Numbered from the stretch's first letter, positions 37,930 through 48,308 are shown. The stretch: DNA of 64,000 bases from Deltaproteobacteria bacterium (GCA_029547805.1 JAKPOP010000010.1:680452-744451); one strand, 5' to 3'. Notes: a model not told the origin generated them from the sequence alone. Numbers and translations: made by a program.

Positions 37930-38637
37930 TCAGGAGGGATCGGCCTCCACCGGGATCGCCCGGGGGTCGCCCACGCCCTCGTGAGTCACCCGGAAGGCCC
38001 AGGCCTGGACGCGAAGGCCTGCAGCGATGGCCCGCCGGAGGGTCGCCGCAAAGCAGGGGTCGATGGACTCCGCCGGGCGAAAGACCCGGGCCGAGCCCCG
38101 CTGGGCCACGAACAGCACATGGGGCTCATGGCCCTCCCGGGCGAGTTCCATCAGGCGTTCCAGGTGACGGCTGGCCCGATCGCTCACCGCGTCGGGAAAC
38201 AGGGCCACGCCGTCCAGGACCAGACTGGCGGACTTCACCTCGATCAGGGCCCGCCGGGCCCCGGCCTCCCAGGAGAGGTCGAACCGCTCGTGGCCCATCG
38301 AGACCTCCGAGCGAATGCGCCCGGTCCCGAGCCCAGGAATCCACCCGTCCGCCAGCAGTCGCCGTCCCAGGAGATTCGCATCGGTGGGTCGCAGGCTCAC
38401 CCATTCCTGACCCACCTGGGCCGCCACGGCCCGCCAGGGCAGCCGTGGAGCAGGCCAGGGGCCCTGCACCAGCAGGGTCCAGCCCCTGCGACCCAGTTCC
38501 GACAGGCGGCCCGGGTCCGCCAGGTGGGCCCGGCTGCAGGTGCCATCTCCCAGTCGGATGGACAGCACGAACCGGTTCGGGCGGTCCAGCACCTCCGCCC
38601 GCTGGAGGTCCGGAGGATAGGTCAGCCAGGGGGTCAT
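37930..38637 (-). CDS. sfsA: Sugar fermentation stimulation protein A (SfsA, nuclease-fold DNA-binding protein)
   Basis: Start at MTPWLTYPPDLQRAEVLDRPNRFV (M27 of the track ORF). ATG overlaps the stop of the upstream gene. 235 aa, which matches SfsA length, and the N-terminal region is SfsA-like. Confidence 0.85.
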   Translation of the reverse strand: MTPWLTYPPDLQRAEVLDRPNRFVLSIRLGDGTCSRAHLADPGRLSELGRRGWTLLVQGPWPAPRLPWRAVAAQVGQEWVSLRPTDANLLGRRLLADGWIPGLGTGRIRSEVSMGHERFDLSWEAGARRALIEVKSASLVLDGVALFPDAVSDRASRHLERLMELAREGHEPHVLFVAQRGSARVFRPAESIDPCFAATLRRAIAAGLRVQAWAFRVTHEGVGDPRAIPVEADPS

Positions 38638-41204
38638 GGCGCATCCCCCGGCCCCTGGACGGGAGCCCCGGGCCAGGGGTCGTCGTAGAGCCGCACCACC
38701 TCTCCCGGCAGCCACTCCCGGCCCAGGCGTTCCGACAGGACCTCGTGGGGCCGCCCGGCGGGCCGTTCCGGAACCCAGTGCAGCACGCAGGGCGTCCCCA
38801 GGCCCCGGATCACCGGAGGGGCCAGGCCCGCCGCCCGGATCTCCCGTTCCGAGTCGCCGTCCAGGGCCTCAACGGGCAGGGGCGCGAGGCGCGCCCGGGT
38901 CTCCTCCAGGGGGAAGGGGCTCTCGAAGGCCAGGCGGGCCGGGGCGGGCGGCGCCCGGCGTCCCTGGACAGGACGGGCCGACAAGAACCACAGGCCGTCC
39001 ACCGAGGCCCGTTGCAGGCGCTGCAGATCCGGGACCTCCCCCGGAGCCAGGGCGATCTCGGCGTCAATCCACTCCCCCACGCTCTGGTAGCCCACCGGCA
39101 GGGGGTCCCGATAGGTGACTCGCGGCAGGGGATGAAACCCCTGGGACATCCGCGGCACCAGTCCTCCCCGGCGGAGGATCCGGGGCAGGTGCCGCAGCCA
39201 CTCCGACTGGGCGATGAAGGCCGCCCGTCCCCGCCGCACATACCGGAAATGCCATTTCTGGAACAAGGCCTCCCCGGTGACGCCCACCTCCGGGACCGCC
39301 ATCGCGAGGGCCTCGGAGGCCACCTGGGAGCGACGAGCCCGCAGGGCACCCAGGTCGCAGTCGCTCCCGCAACGAAGACAGACCAGCGACCGGGCCTCGG
39401 GGTAGTCCTCGGGGAGCGGCCGCGGGCGGTCCGGGGGCTTCTCGCAGGGAGGGGTCGTCCGTTCCGCCAGGGCCCGCTCCCGTTCCCGCAGCAGGAAGTC
39501 CCGATCGACCCCCACGTCGATCACCTCCCAGGGCAGGGATCCCTCCCGGGGCAACGGCCGCAGGTAGGACTCCGGATCCACCCCGCAGGCCGCAAAGGCC
39601 TCGTCCCAGACCTCGGGCCGCGCATGCTCCCCCCACTGGTCGAAGCGGGCCCCCCGCCGCCAGGCCTCCTCGATCACTGCCGCCAGGGACCGGTCCCCCC
39701 GAGCAAAGACCCCTTCCAGTCGACTGGACCGGCCCTCGGAGAGCCGCAGGACGACCCCCGTTCCCCGGGCCGCCTGCCGCAGGGCCTCCAGGCGATCCCT
39801 CAGCACCTCGGCAGGAGCCATCCCCTCCCACTGGAAGGGCGTATGCGGCCTGGGAACAAAGACCCCCACCGAGGCGGTGACCTCGGCCCGACCCATGCCC
39901 CGGCCCAGACGAAGCACCTTCCGGGAGGTCTCGACGATGCCCAGGACGTCGTCCATCGTCTCGGTGGGAAGCCCCACCATGAAGTAGAGTTTCAGCCGCT
40001 GCCAGCGGTTCTGGAAGGCCTTCCGGGCCGCCTCCAGCAGGTCCTCTTCCCGAACGTTCTTGTTGATCACGTCCCGCAGGCGCTGGCTCCCGGCCTCGGG
40101 GGCCAGCGTGAGCCCCGTGGCCCGGAGAGCCCGGAGGTCCTGGAGCACCGACTCGGAGAGGCCGTAGGCCCGCAGCGACGACACCGACAGGGTCACGCCC
40201 CGGGGGGTCAGGGCCCGGGAGAGCACCGCCACGAGCCCCGGCAGGGCCGGGGAGTCCGCCGGCGACAGGCCTCCCAGGGAGACCTCGTCGTGACCGCAGA
40301 GGTCCACCGCCTCGATGGCCTGCCGGACCAGGCCCTCGGGAGAGCGATCCCGGAGGGGTCGATAGGTGTACCCCGCCTCGCAGAACCGGCACCCCTCGGT
40401 GCATCCCCGGGCGATCTCCAGCGACACCCGGTCGAAGACGGCACGGCTCCAGGGGATCGGCGTCCGGGTGGGCAAGGGGTGGGCATCCAGGTCCTGGATG
40501 ACCACCCGCCGCACCCGGACCGGGGCCTCCGGGACCCGGGGCACCGGCACCAGCAGCCCCGTGACCGGGTCCCGACGGGCATCGTACAGGGCCGGGACAT
40601 AGACCCCGGGCATCCGGGCCAGGGCCTTCCAGACCTCCATGCGGGGGGCCCCCTGGCGGCGCATCCGCCCCACCAGCCGCACCAGGTCCGGCAGGGCCTC
40701 CTCCGCCTCGCCCACGAAGGCCGCATCCAGGAAGGGACTCACCGGCTCCGGGTGCAGGGTCCCCGGCCCCCCGGCCAGCACCAGGGGGTCCCGGTCCGAA
40801 CGCCGGTCCGCATGGAGGGGAATCCCCCCCAGGTCCAGCATCTGAAGCACGTTCGTGAAGCAGAGTTCGTGCTGCAGCGAAAACCCCACCACGTCGAAGT
40901 CCCGGAGGGGGCGAAACGACTCCAGGGAGACCAGCGGCAGCCCCCGGCGGCGCAGTTCCTCTTCCAGGTCCAGGAACGGGGCGAAGCAGCGCTCCACCAC
41001 CAGGTCCGGTTCCCGGACCACCCGGTCGTAGAGGATCTGGCTGCCCAGGTGGGACATCCCGACCTCGTAGACGTCCGGAAAGGCCAGGCAGAGGGTCCCG
41101 GCGGCCCCGTCGAAGGGCCGCAGGACCTGTCCGAACTCCCCGCCGATGTAGCGGGAGGGAGTCTTCACCTGGTGCAGGAAGTCCAACCAGGGATGCCAGG
41201 TCAT
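38634..41204 (-). CDS. B12-binding-like radical SAM protein (TIGR03960-type) fused to a DUF2344 'radical SAM-linked' domain
   Basis: 856 aa. Radical SAM Cys triad ARGCTEGCRFCEAGY. The C-terminal roughly 250 aa (FQKWHFRYVRRGRAAFIAQSEWLRHLPRILRRGGLVP...) matches DUF2344, which is usually a separate adjacent gene. Confidence 0.8.
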   Translation of the reverse strand: MTWHPWLDFLHQVKTPSRYIGGEFGQVLRPFDGAAGTLCLAFPDVYEVGMSHLGSQILYDRVVREPDLVVERCFAPFLDLEEELRRRGLPLVSLESFRPLRDFDVVGFSLQHELCFTNVLQMLDLGGIPLHADRRSDRDPLVLAGGPGTLHPEPVSPFLDAAFVGEAEEALPDLVRLVGRMRRQGAPRMEVWKALARMPGVYVPALYDARRDPVTGLLVPVPRVPEAPVRVRRVVIQDLDAHPLPTRTPIPWSRAVFDRVSLEIARGCTEGCRFCEAGYTYRPLRDRSPEGLVRQAIEAVDLCGHDEVSLGGLSPADSPALPGLVAVLSRALTPRGVTLSVSSLRAYGLSESVLQDLRALRATGLTLAPEAGSQRLRDVINKNVREEDLLEAARKAFQNRWQRLKLYFMVGLPTETMDDVLGIVETSRKVLRLGRGMGRAEVTASVGVFVPRPHTPFQWEGMAPAEVLRDRLEALRQAARGTGVVLRLSEGRSSRLEGVFARGDRSLAAVIEEAWRRGARFDQWGEHARPEVWDEAFAACGVDPESYLRPLPREGSLPWEVIDVGVDRDFLLRERERALAERTTPPCEKPPDRPRPLPEDYPEARSLVCLRCGSDCDLGALRARRSQVASEALAMAVPEVGVTGEALFQKWHFRYVRRGRAAFIAQSEWLRHLPRILRRGGLVPRMSQGFHPLPRVTYRDPLPVGYQSVGEWIDAEIALAPGEVPDLQRLQRASVDGLWFLSARPVQGRRAPPAPARLAFESPFPLEETRARLAPLPVEALDGDSEREIRAAGLAPPVIRGLGTPCVLHWVPERPAGRPHEVLSERLGREWLPGEVVRLYDDPWPGAPVQGPGDAP

Positions 41205-41220
41205 CGTCCGGGCCTCCGGA

Positions 41221-43242
41221 TCAGGCGGGAGCCAGTACCAGGCGATCCCCCCGTGGGTCCACCTCCCGCACCCGCACCTGGACCGGGGAACCGAGGGGCA
41301 GGTGCCCCAGGCCCGGCACCGGGGCGACCAGCATCGTCTCCACCAGTTCCACCAGCGCCCGGGACCCCTGCCGTCCCACCACCTCCGCCTCCACCATCTG
41401 CCCCGCGAAGGCCTCCAGGTAGCGCAACAGCCAGTAACGCCGGCCCTCCCGCTCGACCTGGGTCAGGGCGTCCCCCTGGCCCTCCAGGTCTCCGAATCGC
41501 CGGAGCAGGTCCTCGGTGGTCAGCGGAGCCTTTCCCTCCAGCAGCCATCCCCTCAACTGCCGGTGGGTCAGGAAGTCCTGGAAGCGCCGCAGCGGCGACG
41601 TGACCTGGGCATAGCCCACCACGCCCAGGCCATAGTGGAATTCCGGCCGGCTGGTCCACTCGGCCCGCCGCAACGTCCGCAGGCGCTGCCAGAACCAGGC
41701 CCTCGTCCCCGGGGGAGCCTCCTCGTCGCGGTTGGCCCGTTCCTCCGGGGCCTCCTGGCGCCGGTACACGACTGGAATCCCCTCGTCCCGGGCCAGCCGC
41801 CCCGCCAGCGTGCAGGCCAGCACCATGAACTCCTGCACCAGCCGCCGGGACGCCGAGGCCGAAGACTGGCGCTTCAACACGATCCGTCCCTCCAGGACCC
41901 GCACCGTCACGTCATCCCGGTCCAGCGGCATCGCCCCGGCCTCCAGGCGTCGTCGTCTCATGGCATCGGCCAGCCGGGACAGGACCCGCAAGGGATGCCC
42001 TGGGGACGTCGCCGGGTCCTCGATCACCCGGTTTCCCTCCTCGTAGGTCCACCGTTCGGTCCGCGGGACCCGCACCGATCGGACCTCGAAGCGATCCGCC
42101 GCCCCATCCTGCGAAATGTCCACCTGGAAATCCAGCGCCGGGCGATCCGGGCCGCCATCGAGCGACAGCAGTCCCTCCGACAGGACCTCCGGCAGCATCG
42201 GGATCTTCCCCGTCGGCAGGTAGAGGGACCCGGCACGAAGGGCCGCCTCCCGCGCCACCACGCCATCGAGGGGAAGAAAGGAGGTGGGATCGGCGATCAG
42301 CACGTGGACCCGGAGGCGATCGCCCCCCAGGTCCTCGACCGCCAGGGCATCGTCGACGTCCGTGGTCCAGGGGTCATCGATGGCCAGCACGGGCACGCCG
42401 TCCGGCACCGCCGGGGGCCGCTGCTCCACGCCGGGGAGTCCCCGTTCCACCAGGTGCCGGGCCTCCTCCAGGACCTCCTCGGGGAAGGCGGCTCGGATCC
42501 GCTGGCGGTGCAGCCCCAGCACCTCGTCCTCGTGGAACACCCCCAGGCAGACCAGCAGGTCGAAGGCCCGCCGGGGCGCGTCCCCGGAGGCCCCCCCGGT
42601 CAGGGCGGCCAGCAAGGACACCCCCCGCTGGCCCTCCTTGCCCTCCTCCCCGAAGACCGCCAGGGCCTTCAGCCACTCGATGCCCTGCCGCAGCGCCGCC
42701 CCCTGGTCCTCCCCGCCGTCCAGGGCTGCCTGCACGGCCCTCCGGGCCTCCTCCAGGCGCTGCTGATCCTGGGTCTGGCGGAATCGTCGGACCCGGGCCT
42801 CCTGGACCGCCACGGCGCTGAGGGGACGGACTCGACCCGGCACCGTGGCCCGAAAATGGATGTCGTCCAGGGCCAGGGCCCAGGCGAGGGCGGCCCGATC
42901 CTCCGGACGTCCCTCGGGGAAGGCCAGCCCCGCCAGGTCCTCCACGGCCACGTCGCCCTCGTCCCGGCACAGTTCCCAGAGCACCTGGAGGTCCACCTCG
43001 GGCAACCGGGCCTCGACCCGGCGCCGGAACTCCCCCAGGGCGGCCTGGACGGCCCGGGAGTCCCCGGGCGGGACCCGGTGCCCCGAGACGTGAACGACCC
43101 GGGCGTCCGTCCAGGTCTCCCGGCTGCCCGACTCGGTGACCACGGCCCACCGGTCCCCGGATCGGGAGACTGCGGCGCCCAGCACGACCCGACCCCCGGC
43201 CAGGGCCAGCAACACCGGTCCCGTCTCTCGATCCTGGGGCAT
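41221..43242 (-). CDS. RNB-domain 3'-5' exoribonuclease (RNase II/R family)
   Basis: 673 aa. RNB catalytic region VLAIDDPWTTDVDDALAV... with C-terminal S1-like segment. Confidence 0.85.
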   Translation of the reverse strand: MPQDRETGPVLLALAGGRVVLGAAVSRSGDRWAVVTESGSRETWTDARVVHVSGHRVPPGDSRAVQAALGEFRRRVEARLPEVDLQVLWELCRDEGDVAVEDLAGLAFPEGRPEDRAALAWALALDDIHFRATVPGRVRPLSAVAVQEARVRRFRQTQDQQRLEEARRAVQAALDGGEDQGAALRQGIEWLKALAVFGEEGKEGQRGVSLLAALTGGASGDAPRRAFDLLVCLGVFHEDEVLGLHRQRIRAAFPEEVLEEARHLVERGLPGVEQRPPAVPDGVPVLAIDDPWTTDVDDALAVEDLGGDRLRVHVLIADPTSFLPLDGVVAREAALRAGSLYLPTGKIPMLPEVLSEGLLSLDGGPDRPALDFQVDISQDGAADRFEVRSVRVPRTERWTYEEGNRVIEDPATSPGHPLRVLSRLADAMRRRRLEAGAMPLDRDDVTVRVLEGRIVLKRQSSASASRRLVQEFMVLACTLAGRLARDEGIPVVYRRQEAPEERANRDEEAPPGTRAWFWQRLRTLRRAEWTSRPEFHYGLGVVGYAQVTSPLRRFQDFLTHRQLRGWLLEGKAPLTTEDLLRRFGDLEGQGDALTQVEREGRRYWLLRYLEAFAGQMVEAEVVGRQGSRALVELVETMLVAPVPGLGHLPLGSPVQVRVREVDPRGDRLVLAPA

Positions 43243-43252
43243 GGGCGAATCC

Positions 43253-44611
43253 TCAGAGGGCCTCGACCAGGGACCGGAAGACCTCGCCTCGCTCCTCGAA
43301 GGAGGAAAAGCGATCGAAGGAGGAGGCTGCCGGGGAGAACAGCACGACCCCGTCGGGTCGGGCCTTCTCGTAGGCCTGGACCACCGCCTCCTCCAGGGTC
43401 GGCACCACGTCGGTGGGCACCGTCCGGGGGAACTCCTGCCGCATGCGCTCGGCGCTGTCTCCGGTGAGCACGACGGCCCGGCAACGCCACTCGACCTCCA
43501 GGGCCAGTTCCGTCAGCGGCAGCCCCTTCTCGAATCCCCCGGCGATCAGCACGACCTTGCGATCGAAGGCCCGGAGGGCCGTGATCGCCGCGTGGGGGTT
43601 CGTGGCCTTGCTGTCGTTGAAGAACGAGACGCCATCCACCCGCCGCACGAACTCGAGCCGGTGCGGCAGCCCCCGGTAGGTGGCGATGCCCTGCCGCAGC
43701 CCCTCGGGGTCCCCCACCAGCGAGGATGCGGCGGCGACGGCCAGCAGGAGGTCCTCCGTGTTGTGCTCCCCCGGGAGGGGGAACTCCCCCCGATCGGCGA
43801 TGCGCACCTCGCTCCCGTGCTGGGCCATGTGGATCGCATGGTCCAGCAGGAAGGCCCCGTCCTTCACCGGTCCCGTCCGGGAGACGTCCCGGACCCGCTG
43901 GCCGTTGTCCCGGGCCCACCGGTTGCCCGGCCGGACCCACTCGGCAAGCAACCGGTCGTCCAGATTGCGCACGAAGACGTCCCCGTGGGCCTGCTCCTGG
44001 AGGATCCGGGACTTCGCGGCGACGTAGGCCTCGAAGGACCCGTGGTGGTCCAGGTGGTCCTCCGCCAGATTGGTCACCACCGCCACCTCTGGCCGGAAGC
44101 GGTCCGTGGACAACAACTGGTAGCAGGAGACCTCGGCCACGACCACGTCCTGGTCCGACAGGCTCGGAAACAGGTCACAGAGGGGGTTGCCCAGGTTCCC
44201 GGCGGCATGGGCCCGGACCCCGCAGGCATTGAGCAGGTGGGCGATCAGCGTCGTGGTGGTGCTCTTCCCGTCGGTGCCCGTCACCGCCAGGATCCGCCCC
44301 GGAAACAGGCGGTAGAAGAGTTCCACGTCCCCCATCACCTGGGACCCCAGGCGGTGGGCCATGCGGTAGGCCGGCGCCGCCGGGGGAATCCCCGGCGAGA
44401 GGATCACCACGTCGCCGGGCCGCACCTCCTCCCGGCCCAGGACCAGGCGCACCCGGTAGTCCAGCCGGTCCTCGGCCCGCTGGCGCAGTTCCTCCGTGTC
44501 CCGGCCGTCGGACAGCAGCACGTCCCCCCCAAGAGAGGCCAGCAGGTTGGCCGTCGCCAGGCCGCTCTTGCCCATGCCCAGCACGCTGAACGCGGTCCCC
44601 TCGATCCTCAT
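43253..44611 (-). CDS. murD: UDP-N-acetylmuramoyl-L-alanine--D-glutamate ligase
   Basis: Start at MRIEGTAFSVLGMGKSG (M263 of the track ORF). The upstream part of that ORF is shadow. Mur ligase P-loop GTDGKSTTT. 453 aa. Confidence 0.9.
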   Translation of the reverse strand: MRIEGTAFSVLGMGKSGLATANLLASLGGDVLLSDGRDTEELRQRAEDRLDYRVRLVLGREEVRPGDVVILSPGIPPAAPAYRMAHRLGSQVMGDVELFYRLFPGRILAVTGTDGKSTTTTLIAHLLNACGVRAHAAGNLGNPLCDLFPSLSDQDVVVAEVSCYQLLSTDRFRPEVAVVTNLAEDHLDHHGSFEAYVAAKSRILQEQAHGDVFVRNLDDRLLAEWVRPGNRWARDNGQRVRDVSRTGPVKDGAFLLDHAIHMAQHGSEVRIADRGEFPLPGEHNTEDLLLAVAAASSLVGDPEGLRQGIATYRGLPHRLEFVRRVDGVSFFNDSKATNPHAAITALRAFDRKVVLIAGGFEKGLPLTELALEVEWRCRAVVLTGDSAERMRQEFPRTVPTDVVPTLEEAVVQAYEKARPDGVVLFSPAASSFDRFSSFEERGEVFRSLVEAL

Positions 44612-46008
44612 GGCACTCCTTTCAGGCGGATTGCCGGGGGACCCAGATCCGCCGCCAGGGCATCGGCCCGGGCAAAGAGGTCGTCCCCGCCGAAGAAGAT
44701 CACCGTGTCGTCGGGGCGGATCACCTGCCTCAACTGCGGGAGCAACTGCTCCTCGTCCGGCACGAACAGGACCGTCCGCCCCGTCTCCCCGATCTTGGCC
44801 ACAAGCCAGGGGGCGTCCACCCCCGGGATCGGCACCTCCCCGGCAGTATAGAGTTCGGTCACCAGGACCAGGTCCGCCTCCCGGAAGGCCTCCCGGTACT
44901 CGTCGCCCAGGTAGTGGATCATCGTGAACCGGTAGGGCTTGAAGACCGCCACCAGGCGCCCCGGGGCAAAGACCCGGGCCCCCTGGAGCACGCTGCGGAT
45001 GCCCGAGGGATGGCTGATGTAGTCCTTCACCAGCAGGCAGGGACCTGCCGGGACCAGCGTGAAGCGGTTCTCCAGTCCCCGGAAGGCCGGCAGGGCCTCC
45101 CGGAGCACCTCGGGGGGAACTCCCTCCTCCCGGGCCACCGACAGCGCCGCCAGGGCATTGTGGGCATTGTGGGCCCCCGGCAGCGCCACCCGGAACTCCC
45201 CCAGGTCCCCTTCCGGGGCAATCAGACGGAACCGCGATCCCAGCCCCTCCAGGCGCAGGTCCACCATCCGGTAGTCGCAGGCGGGCCCCTGGCCGAAGGT
45301 CAGGCCGTGGCGGCCGCTGCGCCGAAGCACCTCCCGGCAGTTGGCGTCGTCCCCGGCGACGTGGAGCAGGGGCGGCGAGTCCGGCCGGGCAAGCCACCGG
45401 GAGAAGTGGTCCAGGAGTCCCTGGAGGTCCTTGTAGTGGTTCAGGTGATCCGCCTCGAGATTGTTCACCACGAGGCGCCGAGGACGGGTGTTTGCGCAGG
45501 ACCCGTCCGATTCATCGAGTTCGCAGACCAGGTGGGGGGCCCCGGTCTCCCGGGCATTGGTGCCGTAGTCCAGCAGCATCGCCCCGATGGCGAAGGCCGG
45601 CCGCAGTCCGCCGCGGTCCAGCAGGAAGGTGGTCAGCGCCGACACGGACCCCTTGCCGTTGGTCCCGGTGACCCCGATGGCCTGTCGGCCTTGCATCAGC
45701 GCCCCCAGGACCACGGACCGGTGGACCACCGGCAGCCCCATCCGCCGGGCCGCCTGCAGTTCGGGATTGGACTCGGGGATCGCCGTCGAGACCACCACCA
45801 GGTCGGCCCCGTGCAGGTTCTGCTCCCGGTGCCCGATGTGGACGACGGCCCCCTGCTGCCGCAGGGACCGGGTGATCGACGACTCCCGGACGTCGGACCC
45901 CGACACCGGCACGCCCCGGCCCAGCAGCAGCCGCGCGACCGCACTGACGCCGACGCCCCCGATGCCCAGCAGGTGGACCTTGCGGTCCGGCGACAGGTCC
46001 AGGTGCAT
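44608..46008 (-). CDS. murC: UDP-N-acetylmuramate--L-alanine ligase
   Basis: 466 aa. KVHLLGIGGVGVSAVA N-term, GTNGKGS P-loop, NALAA motif. Its stop overlaps the murD ATG (ATGA). Confidence 0.9.
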   Translation of the reverse strand: MHLDLSPDRKVHLLGIGGVGVSAVARLLLGRGVPVSGSDVRESSITRSLRQQGAVVHIGHREQNLHGADLVVVSTAIPESNPELQAARRMGLPVVHRSVVLGALMQGRQAIGVTGTNGKGSVSALTTFLLDRGGLRPAFAIGAMLLDYGTNARETGAPHLVCELDESDGSCANTRPRRLVVNNLEADHLNHYKDLQGLLDHFSRWLARPDSPPLLHVAGDDANCREVLRRSGRHGLTFGQGPACDYRMVDLRLEGLGSRFRLIAPEGDLGEFRVALPGAHNAHNALAALSVAREEGVPPEVLREALPAFRGLENRFTLVPAGPCLLVKDYISHPSGIRSVLQGARVFAPGRLVAVFKPYRFTMIHYLGDEYREAFREADLVLVTELYTAGEVPIPGVDAPWLVAKIGETGRTVLFVPDEEQLLPQLRQVIRPDDTVIFFGGDDLFARADALAADLGPPAIRLKGVP

Positions 46009-46246
46009 CGTTCGATTCCCGATCCGGCCCCCGGGGGAGAATCGCGCGCTTTGCGGGCCGGATCAAGTTTCCCGAGGAGCACGTGCGAGGCCCCGCGACC
46101 GCCCGGTGGTTGGGGGCCTGGACGCACGTTCGAGCCCCGGGGTGGTTCCAGGACGGCCCCGGCAGGTCCCGCCGAGGCCCACTTGCCGGGAAACCACTTT
46201 CCATACAGGCAGTTGATGGCGACAACGAGGTGACTGTCCCCGGGAT

Positions 46247-47065
46247 TCAGTCCCCTTCCCGCTCGGGGCCCCGGCCCAGGTACCAGAGGGCCCGCATCCG
46301 GACCAGGGCCCGGCCGCTCTGCCCGGCCACCAGTTCCAGGGCCCGCTCGGCCTCTTCCGGTGGGAGGTCCCCCAGGGCGCCCACGGCCGCCAGGGCCACG
46401 TCCGGGCCCCCCTCCACCGCCACCCGCCCCAGGGCCGCCGCCCCGTCCCGGCCCCCGATCCGGCTCAGGGCCCCGACGGCCCGGAAGGCGACCTCGTCGT
46501 CCGGCCCCTTCGCCAGGCGCACCAACGCCTGGATCGACTCCCGGTCGGCCCGATCGAGAAGCGCCAGAAGCACCGGCCGCGAGGGCGGCGGGTCCCGATC
46601 CAGCCACTGGGCCACCATGGAACCCGACAAGCCGTAGACCTCGACCTGGGCCAGGGCCTCCTCCAGGGCCTCGGCGACCACCCGGGCCAGGGCCAGGGCC
46701 CGATCCCACTCCGTCATCTCCGGGGACGGGGCCGGCCCCTGGGCGGCACCTTCCACCCGCATGTCGGGTTCGTTGGGGATCGTGATCGTCCACCGGGCGG
46801 TGGCCTGCATCGAAGGCCCGTCCTCCCCCTCGCAGGATGCATCGAGGGCCAGCGTGGCGGCCCCCTGCCGCCCCGGCAGCACCGGGGTCGCCAGCAGGGC
46901 CATCCCCAGGGCCAGCACCACCGGGCAGTCCTCGGCCGGCGCCTCCTCCAGCGGCAGGACCCGCAGGTCGATTCCCGCCGCCCCCGCCCCGGTTCCGGGG
47001 GGTCCCGAGGCGCAGGCCATCCCCACGAGCCCGACGATCCACGCTGTCCGTCGATGGCATCTCAT
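46247..47065 (-). CDS. HEAT/PBS-lyase-repeat lipoprotein
   Basis: Signal + lipobox MRCHRRTAWIVGLVGMACASG. C-terminal repeats AFRAVGALSRIGG... AAVGALGDL. Confidence 0.6.
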   Translation of the reverse strand: MRCHRRTAWIVGLVGMACASGPPGTGAGAAGIDLRVLPLEEAPAEDCPVVLALGMALLATPVLPGRQGAATLALDASCEGEDGPSMQATARWTITIPNEPDMRVEGAAQGPAPSPEMTEWDRALALARVVAEALEEALAQVEVYGLSGSMVAQWLDRDPPPSRPVLLALLDRADRESIQALVRLAKGPDDEVAFRAVGALSRIGGRDGAAALGRVAVEGGPDVALAAVGALGDLPPEEAERALELVAGQSGRALVRMRALWYLGRGPEREGD

Positions 47066-47157
47066 GGCCTCCTTCTACCTCCCAGGGGCCGACTCTTCAA
47101 GGCCACCGGCGGTTTCCGGTCGGCCTGCCGGGGCGTACACTGCCTGAAGGTCGCTGC

Positions 47158-48132
47158 ATGGAGGTCTGGATGGACGCCGATGCCATTCCCGTGGGAATCA
47201 GCGCCTGTCTGCTGGGCGAGGCGGTGCGCTACGACGGCGGTCACCGACGGGACTCCTACATCGTCGGGACGCTGGGCCGCTTCTTCCGATTCGTGCCCTG
47301 CTGTCCGGAGGTCTCGGCGGGCCTCGGCGTCCCTCGCCCGACGATCCGGCTGGTCCGGGTCGGCGATGACCTCCGGGCGATGGGCACCCGGGACCCCCAT
47401 CCCGACGTCACCGACGCCCTGCAGGCCCTGGCCGACCGGGTGATCCGGGACCACCCGGACCTCTGCGGCTTCCTGCTGAAGGCCCGGTCCCCCAGTTGCG
47501 GCATGGAGCGGGTCCCGGTGTACCGATCGGTGGAGGACCAGGGACGACCCGAGAAGCGAGGCGTGGGGGCCTTCGCCCGCCGGCTGATGGCGCTGGCCCC
47601 CGAGATCCCTCTGGAGGAGGAGGGAAGGCTCGGAGACCCGGTGATCCGGGACCACTTCGTGACCCGGGTCTTCACGCTGTGGCGCTTTCGCCGGATGCGG
47701 GATCAAGGCCTGTCGCCGGCGGCCCTGCTGGACTTCCATGCCCGCCACAAACTGCTGTTGCTGGCTCACCACCGTCCCGGATACGTCGCCCTGGGACGCC
47801 TGCTGGCCGCCCGGGCCGGGGACCGGGACCTGGAGGCGGTGGCCCGGGACTACCTGGCCGGGCTCACCGAGACCCTCCGTCACCCCGCCACCCGGGGCAG
47901 GAACACCGACGTGCTCCAGCACCTTGCAGGCTTCCTGAAGCGGGACCTCGACGCCGCGGACCGTGCGGAGATCGCCGAGGTCATCGATGCCTATCGCCGG
48001 GGCCAGGTCCCCCTGATTGTCCCGATCACGCTGCTCCGGCACCACTTCCGCCGCCACCCCCACCCCTACGTCGCCGGTCAGGTGTATCTGGAGCCCCATC
48101 CCCCGGAACTGGCGCTCCGCAACGGCGTCTGA
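47158..48132 (+). CDS. DUF523 + DUF1722 two-domain protein (YbgA-like)
   Basis: Start at MEVWMDADAIPVGISACLLGEAVRYDGGH (ATG 47158). N-terminal DUF523 Cys motif. C-terminal DUF1722 helical region. Confidence 0.75.
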   Translation: MEVWMDADAIPVGISACLLGEAVRYDGGHRRDSYIVGTLGRFFRFVPCCPEVSAGLGVPRPTIRLVRVGDDLRAMGTRDPHPDVTDALQALADRVIRDHPDLCGFLLKARSPSCGMERVPVYRSVEDQGRPEKRGVGAFARRLMALAPEIPLEEEGRLGDPVIRDHFVTRVFTLWRFRRMRDQGLSPAALLDFHARHKLLLLAHHRPGYVALGRLLAARAGDRDLEAVARDYLAGLTETLRHPATRGRNTDVLQHLAGFLKRDLDAADRAEIAEVIDAYRRGQVPLIVPITLLRHHFRRHPHPYVAGQVYLEPHPPELALRNGV

Positions 48133-48308
48133 CCCCGGTATCGGAACGGAATGGCAACGGTCGCGCGGCGACGACCGGTTTGACGCCCCCCCCGCCGGCG
48201 GTCCATACTGCCCCCATGAGGACGTCATGTGGTCTGGCAGGGACACGGCCCCGGGTGTCCCCTGCGCCCCTCGGCCGCCAACAGGCCTGTCGGCCGAGCG
48301 TTGCTGGC

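Noticed and set aside
46110-46160. tRNA-like GTTCGAGCC T-loop motif in the murC upstream region
   Set aside because: No matching T-stem, acceptor stem or anticodon arm could be paired by eye. No tRNA is called.
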